From Lachnospiraceae bacterium UBA3774 (GTDB lineage: Bacteria; Bacillota; Clostridia; Lachnospirales; Lachnospiraceae): DNA of 61,300 nt. The stretch lies in the NCBI GenBank assembly GCA_002369255.1, contig DFFO01000104.1, forward strand, positions 1 through 61,300, written 5' to 3'. A model generated the notes under the pieces. That model ran no database searches, was not told where the DNA came from, and saw only the letters and a list, made by a program, of their open reading frames with translations. How positions within the stretch are numbered: position 1 is the first letter of the stretch; every line of letters starts with the position of its first letter. A program made the position numbers and the translations under genes. Below are positions 56,797 through 61,300 of the stretch, in pieces.

Positions 56797-56928
56797 ATGA
56801 GAAAGCTATACACATCTCCTGTAGGAACATTTGAGGTTATCGAGTCAGAAGACGTACTGCTTGAGAGTATCGATCTTCCGCCGGATGAATTTGACGCTAC
56901 GGCTCCTTCAAATTCTACTGAACCGTAA
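56797..56928 (+). CDS. unannotated micro-ORF B (43 aa, acidic)
   Basis: MRKLYTSPVGTFEVIESEDVLLESIDLPPDEFDATAPSNSTEP. AGGGGGA RBS 6 nt upstream. It has its own promoter and its own terminator. Confidence 0.6.
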   Translation: MRKLYTSPVGTFEVIESEDVLLESIDLPPDEFDATAPSNSTEP

Positions 56929-56948
56929 ATGTTCGGGTATTAAAAGAG

Positions 56949-56972
56949 GGCGGCGTTTTACGCCGCCTTTTT
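56949..56972 (+). terminator. rho-independent terminator
   Basis: GGCGGCG-tttta-CGCCGCC followed by TTTTT, 21 nt after the micro-ORF B stop. Confidence 0.8.
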
Positions 56973-57097
56973 ATCATACGGATTTTCGAACTTTAAAACC
57001 GTGCACTTGTATTTTTCGGTGAATTATTTTATCATATAGAAACACTTGTTTTTGTGAGAAGATACTTTTACAAAGCTTCTCAGCCTTAGGAGGAAAT

Positions 57098-57643
57098 ATG
57101 AGCAGACACAGCAGAAAGAAAACGGTTTTCACCGCGCTTGCATTATCCGTGATCTTTTCTCTCGGATTTGTTTTTGCCGGCTGCGGCGACGAGGAAGAAA
57201 CTACAGCGGCGGCTGAAGAATCATCTACTACGTCGCAATCCGTTGAGGATCAGTCAGCGGAGCTTACGCTTCCGGAGGATGTTTTTGACGATTTCTCCGT
57301 AATAGATGCGGCAAAGCAGAACATAGACAGACTTGAGGAGCTCCAAAAAGACGGAATTACAGACGACGAAAGAGAAGAATACGAAAAAACCGCAGACAAT
57401 CTTGCAAAGCAGATACCTGCGCTTAAAGAAGTGATAGACTCCGGAAAAGACAAAGGCAGCATTGACACTGATAAATTAAAAGAAATAGTGGATAACACAC
57501 CTGAAACGCCGGCCAGCGGTCAGGGAGAAACCCCTGCTGAAAGCGCGGGCGGCTCTTCAGAATCCGAATCGCAGGATATGCAGGAGCCCACGCTGCCTTA
57601 CAAAGGGGAGCCGATCGAACTTCCTACTATTGTATTCGACTAA
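57098..57643 (+). CDS. acidic lipoprotein, function unknown
   Basis: AGGAGG RBS and lipobox VFAGCG. The mature part is rich in Asp, Glu, Thr and Ser. Confidence 0.6.
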   Translation: MSRHSRKKTVFTALALSVIFSLGFVFAGCGDEEETTAAAEESSTTSQSVEDQSAELTLPEDVFDDFSVIDAAKQNIDRLEELQKDGITDDEREEYEKTADNLAKQIPALKEVIDSGKDKGSIDTDKLKEIVDNTPETPASGQGETPAESAGGSSESESQDMQEPTLPYKGEPIELPTIVFD

Positions 57644-57670
57644 AACTCTAACTATCAAGGAGATAAATAT

Positions 57671-58174
57671 ATGACCTTTTGGGGAATACTTGGAATTGTA
57701 CTCGGCGTGATAGCTGTAATCCTGGTGGTTCTTTTGATCGTCGGAAGAAGACTTCAGCGCAGACAGGGCGAGCAGGCGCAGGTTATAGAGCAGATGAAGC
57801 AGGTTACTTCAATGCTTATTATAGATAAGAAAAAGCTCAAGATCACAGAGTCGGGTCTCCCGAAACAGGCGATCGAGTCCGTTCCGAGGTACGCAAAACT
57901 CAGTAAGCTTCCTATTGTTAAAGCGAGAGTCGGAGGAAGAGTGATGAACCTCGTTGCCGACAGAGAAGTCTTTGACGTTCTTCCTGTCGGAAAGGAAGTA
58001 AAGGTCGAGATCAGCGGAATGTACATTACCGGCATCAAATCCGTCCGCGGCGGAAGCATTACTCCGACCAAGAAGCAGCAAAAAGAAAAAGAAAAGGCCG
58101 AGAGAGAAAAAGAAAAAAAGGCCGAAGAAAAAGCAAAAGCCAGAGAAAAGGCGATGAACATCAAGAAAAAATAA
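57671..58174 (+). CDS. single-pass membrane protein with a Lys/Glu-rich tail, function unknown
   Basis: AAGGAG RBS, N-terminal TM helix FWGILGIVLGVIAVILVVLLIV, C-terminal KKQQKEKEKAEREKEKKAEEKAKAREK. Confidence 0.6.
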   Translation: MTFWGILGIVLGVIAVILVVLLIVGRRLQRRQGEQAQVIEQMKQVTSMLIIDKKKLKITESGLPKQAIESVPRYAKLSKLPIVKARVGGRVMNLVADREVFDVLPVGKEVKVEISGMYITGIKSVRGGSITPTKKQQKEKEKAEREKEKKAEEKAKAREKAMNIKKK

Positions 58175-58191
58175 TATTATCATAAAATATC

Positions 58192-58221
58192 AAACGGGCG
58201 GAAAGTCAAACCGCCCGTTTT
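58192..58221 (+). terminator. rho-independent terminator
   Basis: AAACGGGCGG-aaagtcaaa-CCGCCCGTTT followed by T. Confidence 0.7.
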
Positions 58222-58293
58222 GGTCTTCCTTATACGTTTACAGAAATTATGGAAAAACGTCCGTAAAAATACAAAAATTCGAAAAATCTTTAC

Positions 58294-58322
58294 TTGACAA
58301 TATTGACACAGCTTGCTATTAT
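58294..58322 (+). promoter_or_regulatory. near-consensus sigma-A promoter upstream of rpoB
   Basis: TTGACA (58294-58299), 17-nt spacer, TATTAT (58317-58322). Confidence 0.6.
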
Positions 58323-58341
58323 GAAGATTGCTATTTTGGAA

Positions 58342-58369
58342 GCATATGCCCCTCGGTAGGGGTATATGC
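58342..58369 (+). other. 12-bp hairpin in the rpoB 5' leader
   Basis: GCATATGCCCCT-cggt-AGGGGTATATGC (one G-U wobble) followed by TTTG. Possibly an attenuator or a stability element. Confidence 0.4.
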
Positions 58370-58439
58370 TTTGCAAAGTGGCTTAAACAGTAGTTTTTAC
58401 ACATTTCGTCAATAAATTATATTCAGGAGAGAAGCGTCT

Positions 58440-61300
58440 ATGGAAAAGAACAGATTACGTCCGGTGAAAATCGGGAACAGCGTACGCATGAGTTTTTCAA
58501 AGCAAGAAGAAGTTTTAGAGATGCCGAATCTGATTGAGATTCAGAAGAGCTCATATCAGTGGTTCCTGGATGAAGGACTAAAGGAAGTTTTTGACGACAT
58601 TTCCCCTATCACTGATTATGCGGGACACCTCAGTCTCGAACTCATTGATTACAAATTATGCCGCGACGACGTAAAATACTCGATCGAGGAGTGCAAAGAG
58701 AGAGACGCTACTTATGCGGCTCCCATTAAAGCGCGCGTTCGCCTTGTAAACGAAGAAACCAGCGAGATCAAGGAGCATGAGATCTTTCTCGGCGACCTTC
58801 CGCTCATGACAGAGAGCGGTTCTTTCGTTATCAACGGAGCGGAAAGGGTTATTGTCAGCCAGTTGGTTCGTTCACCCGGTATTTACTACAGCAAGTCTCA
58901 CGACAAGCTCGGAAAAAGCCTTTACAGCAACCAGGTAATTCCAAACCGCGGTGCATGGCTTGAATATGAGACCGATTCCAACGACGTACTCTATGTTCGT
59001 GTTGACCGCACGAGAAAGCTTCCGGTTACGGCTCTTATCCGTGCTCTCGGAGTCGGAACGAACGCGGAGATAATTGAAATGTTCGGCGAAGACCCCATCA
59101 TTTCAGCCTCTCTCGAAAAAGACACTTCAAAGAGTGTTGACGAGGGCCTTTTGGCTCTTTATGCGAAGATCCGTCCCGGCGAGCCGCTTTATGCGGACAA
59201 CGCCAGGTCTCTGCTTGAGGCCATGCTCTTTGATCCGAAGAGATATGACCTTGCGAAGGTCGGACGTTATAAATTCAACAAAAAGCTCCAGCTTCGCCGC
59301 CGCATAGCCGGCCACGTTTTGGCGCAGGACGTTATAGATACCGACACAGGTGAAATCATCGCCGAAGCCGGTACGCTCGTTACGAGAGAAATGGCCGACG
59401 ATATCCAAAACGCCGGTATCGCTTTCGTTACTCTTGAAGCGGAAGAAAACAGGGAAGTCAAGGTTCTTTCAAACCGCATGGTGGATATGAAATGCTATGT
59501 CGGTTTTGACCCTGCGCAGATCGGCATAAAAGAGCTTGTCAGCTATCCTGTGCTTATGGAACTGAAGGAACAGTTCCCCGATGAGAATGAGCTTATGGAA
59601 GCGGCCCGCCGCAACATAAACCGTCTTATCCCCAAGCATATTACAAAGGACGATATTTTTGCGTCCATCAACTATATGATCCATTTGAGTCACGGTATCG
59701 GAACGTCGGATGATATCGACCATCTCGGAAACCGCCGTATCCGCGCCGTGGGAGAGCTCCTTCAGAATCAGTACCGTATCGGTATCTCGCGTCTTGAAAG
59801 AGTAGTCCGCGAGAGAATGACTACGCAGGACATCGACGAGATCACTCCTCAGTCGCTCATAAACATCAAGCCTGTTACCGCTGCCGTAAAAGAATTCTTC
59901 GGAAGCTCGCAGCTTTCACAGTTTATGGATCAGAACAACCCGCTTTCGGAGCTCACCCACAAGCGCCGTCTTTCAGCGCTCGGCCCCGGAGGTCTTTCCA
60001 GAGACCGCGCCGGATTTGAGGTTCGTGACGTACATTATACTCATTACGGACGCATGTGCCCCATCGAGACTCCCGAAGGTCCCAATATCGGACTTATCAA
60101 CTCTTTGGCTACTTATGCTCGCATAAACGAATACGGATTTATCGAGGCCCCTTATCGCAAGGTTGACAAGGTCACCGATCCGGAAAACCCCGTAGTTACC
60201 AAGGACGTAATATATCTTACTGCGGATGAGGAAGACGAGTATATCGTAGCGCAGGCAAACTCGCAGCTCGATGAAGAGGGACATTTTGTAAGGAAAAACG
60301 TTTCAGGACGTTTCCGCGACGAGACTTCGCAGTTTGAAAAGACAAAGATCGATCTTATGGACGTATCGCCCAAGATGGTATTTTCAGTTGCTACGTCTAT
60401 GATCCCCTTCCTTGAGAACGACGACGCAAACCGTGCCCTGATGGGTTCGAACATGCAGCGTCAGGCGGTTCCGCTTATGCTTACCGACACTCCCATTATC
60501 GGTACGGGAATGGAGGCAAAGGCTGCCGTTGACTCGGGTGTATGCGTTGTTTCAAAACACAGCGGCACCGTGGAAAAAGTTTCTGCAGACAGCATTACCA
60601 TAAAGCTTTCAAACGGTACCCGTGAAGAATACAAGCTTTCAAAATTCAAGCGTTCGAACCAGTCGAACTGCTACAACCAGACTCCCATAGTCAACAAGGG
60701 CGACAAAGTCAAAGCCGGCGACGTAATTGCCGACGGCCCCGCCACATGCGGAGGCGAGATCGGCCTTGGAAAGAATCCGCTTATCGGATTTATGACCTGG
60801 GAAGGATACAACTACGAGGACGCTGTACTGATCAGCGAAAGACTTGTTAAAGACGATGTTTATACATCTATTCATATTGAGGAATACGAAACGGATTCCC
60901 GCGATACAAAGCTCGGACCTGAAGAGATCACGAGAGACGTTCCCGGAGTTGGCGAAGAGTCTCTGAAGGATCTTGACGAGCGCGGCATCATCCGTATCGG
61001 AGCCGAGGTGCGCGCCGGCGATTATCTTGTCGGTAAGATCACTCCCAAGGGAGAGCCCGAGCTTACCCCTGAAGAGAGACTGCTGCACGCTATTTTCGGT
61101 GACAAAGCCAGAGACGTCAGAGATACGTCGCTCAAGCTTCCTCACGGCGCATACGGCATAGTTGTCGATACGAAGGTCTTCAGCCGCAAAAACGGCGATG
61201 AGCTTCCGCCCGGAGTCAATCAGAGCGTTCGTATCTATATCGCCCAGAAGCGCAAGATCTCCGTAGGAGATAAGATGGCCGGACGTCACGGAAACAAGGG
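58440..61300 (+). CDS. rpoB: DNA-directed RNA polymerase subunit beta (5' part; continues beyond the window)
   Basis: ATG 58440 follows AGGAGAG. The translation is [57 protein letters not shown]...[18 protein letters not shown]...[44 protein letters not shown]. The frame is open to the window end, so it is absent from the ORF track. Confidence 0.95.
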   Translation, partial: MEKNRLRPVKIGNSVRMSFSKQEEVLEMPNLIEIQKSSYQWFLDEGLKEVFDDISPITDYAGHLSLELIDYKLCRDDVKYSIEECKERDATYAAPIKARVRLVNEETSEIKEHEIFLGDLPLMTESGSFVINGAERVIVSQLVRSPGIYYSKSHDKLGKSLYSNQVIPNRGAWLEYETDSNDVLYVRVDRTRKLPVTALIRALGVGTNAEIIEMFGEDPIISASLEKDTSKSVDEGLLALYAKIRPGEPLYADNARSLLEAMLFDPKRYDLAKVGRYKFNKKLQLRRRIAGHVLAQDVIDTDTGEIIAEAGTLVTREMADDIQNAGIAFVTLEAEENREVKVLSNRMVDMKCYVGFDPAQIGIKELVSYPVLMELKEQFPDENELMEAARRNINRLIPKHITKDDIFASINYMIHLSHGIGTSDDIDHLGNRRIRAVGELLQNQYRIGISRLERVVRERMTTQDIDEITPQSLINIKPVTAAVKEFFGSSQLSQFMDQNNPLSELTHKRRLSALGPGGLSRDRAGFEVRDVHYTHYGRMCPIETPEGPNIGLINSLATYARINEYGFIEAPYRKVDKVTDPENPVVTKDVIYLTADEEDEYIVAQANSQLDEEGHFVRKNVSGRFRDETSQFEKTKIDLMDVSPKMVFSVATSMIPFLENDDANRALMGSNMQRQAVPLMLTDTPIIGTGMEAKAAVDSGVCVVSKHSGTVEKVSADSITIKLSNGTREEYKLSKFKRSNQSNCYNQTPIVNKGDKVKAGDVIADGPATCGGEIGLGKNPLIGFMTWEGYNYEDAVLISERLVKDDVYTSIHIEEYETDSRDTKLGPEEITRDVPGVGEESLKDLDERGIIRIGAEVRAGDYLVGKITPKGEPELTPEERLLHAIFGDKARDVRDTSLKLPHGAYGIVVDTKVFSRKNGDELPPGVNQSVRIYIAQKRKISVGDKMAGRHGNK

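Noticed and set aside
56831-57022. 63-aa ORF-track entry overlapping micro-ORF B and the terminator.
   Set aside because: It is in a different frame from the RBS-preceded micro-ORF, runs through the GGCGGCG/CGCCGCC terminator hairpin, and is basic and low-complexity with no RBS.
1-61300. Searched for mobile elements, prophage genes, toxin-antitoxin pairs, restriction-modification or other defence modules, and tRNA or rRNA genes.
   Set aside because: No transposase, integrase, recombinase, nuclease-ATPase or methyltransferase-like ORFs were found. I could see no long terminal inverted or direct repeats, and no cloverleaf-like or rRNA-like segments in the intergenic regions. The absence is based on reading by eye, not on a search tool.

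Overview
61.3 kb chromosomal segment, about 50% GC by eye, with AGGAGG-type ribosome-binding sites and Clostridia-like gene families (taxon is inference only). 44 protein-coding genes are supported, 5 of them on the minus strand. Content in order: (1) aconitase 3' fragment and a HAD-IIA phosphatase. (2) A ~22 kb glycan-utilisation-like locus (1416-23290). It has three very large secreted proteins built from repeated NPCBM-like beta-sandwich modules, two paralogous ComEC-type metallo-beta-lactamase (MBL)-fold modules (one fused to the binding modules, one a lipoprotein), an LplABC-type ABC importer, and a membrane-spanning AraC regulator. (3) A catabolic operon: CE4 deacetylase, HpcH aldolase, 2-hydroxyacid dehydrogenase, aldo-keto reductase, MBL hydrolase, YesL, GH3, GH28-like. 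(4) An isomerase/kinase/aldolase sugar operon with a PocR-AraC regulator and an AraM-like dehydrogenase. (5) Housekeeping genes: folT-like ECF S component, gdhA, mntR-like, murI, DUF1934, DD-carboxypeptidase. (6) A capsule 'head' module (Wzz, BY-kinase, CpsB phosphatase, LCP, CapD) interrupted by a class B sortase and an SPQTG substrate. (7) An S24-like peptidase, a 1047-aa beta-helix-like secreted protein, and two unannotated paralogous acidic micro-ORFs. (8) The 5' part of rpoB. I found no rRNA, tRNA, transposase/integrase, cas genes or recognisable defence system. The most unusual items are the ComEC-type MBL modules coupled to carbohydrate-binding repeats, a ~290-aa C-terminal domain shared by three secreted proteins, a 64-bp x 7.25 tandem hairpin array between two terminators, a 30-bp element conserved upstream of two NPCBM-like genes, and the two micro-ORFs. 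All family assignments rest on motif recognition by eye and need HMM or BLAST confirmation.
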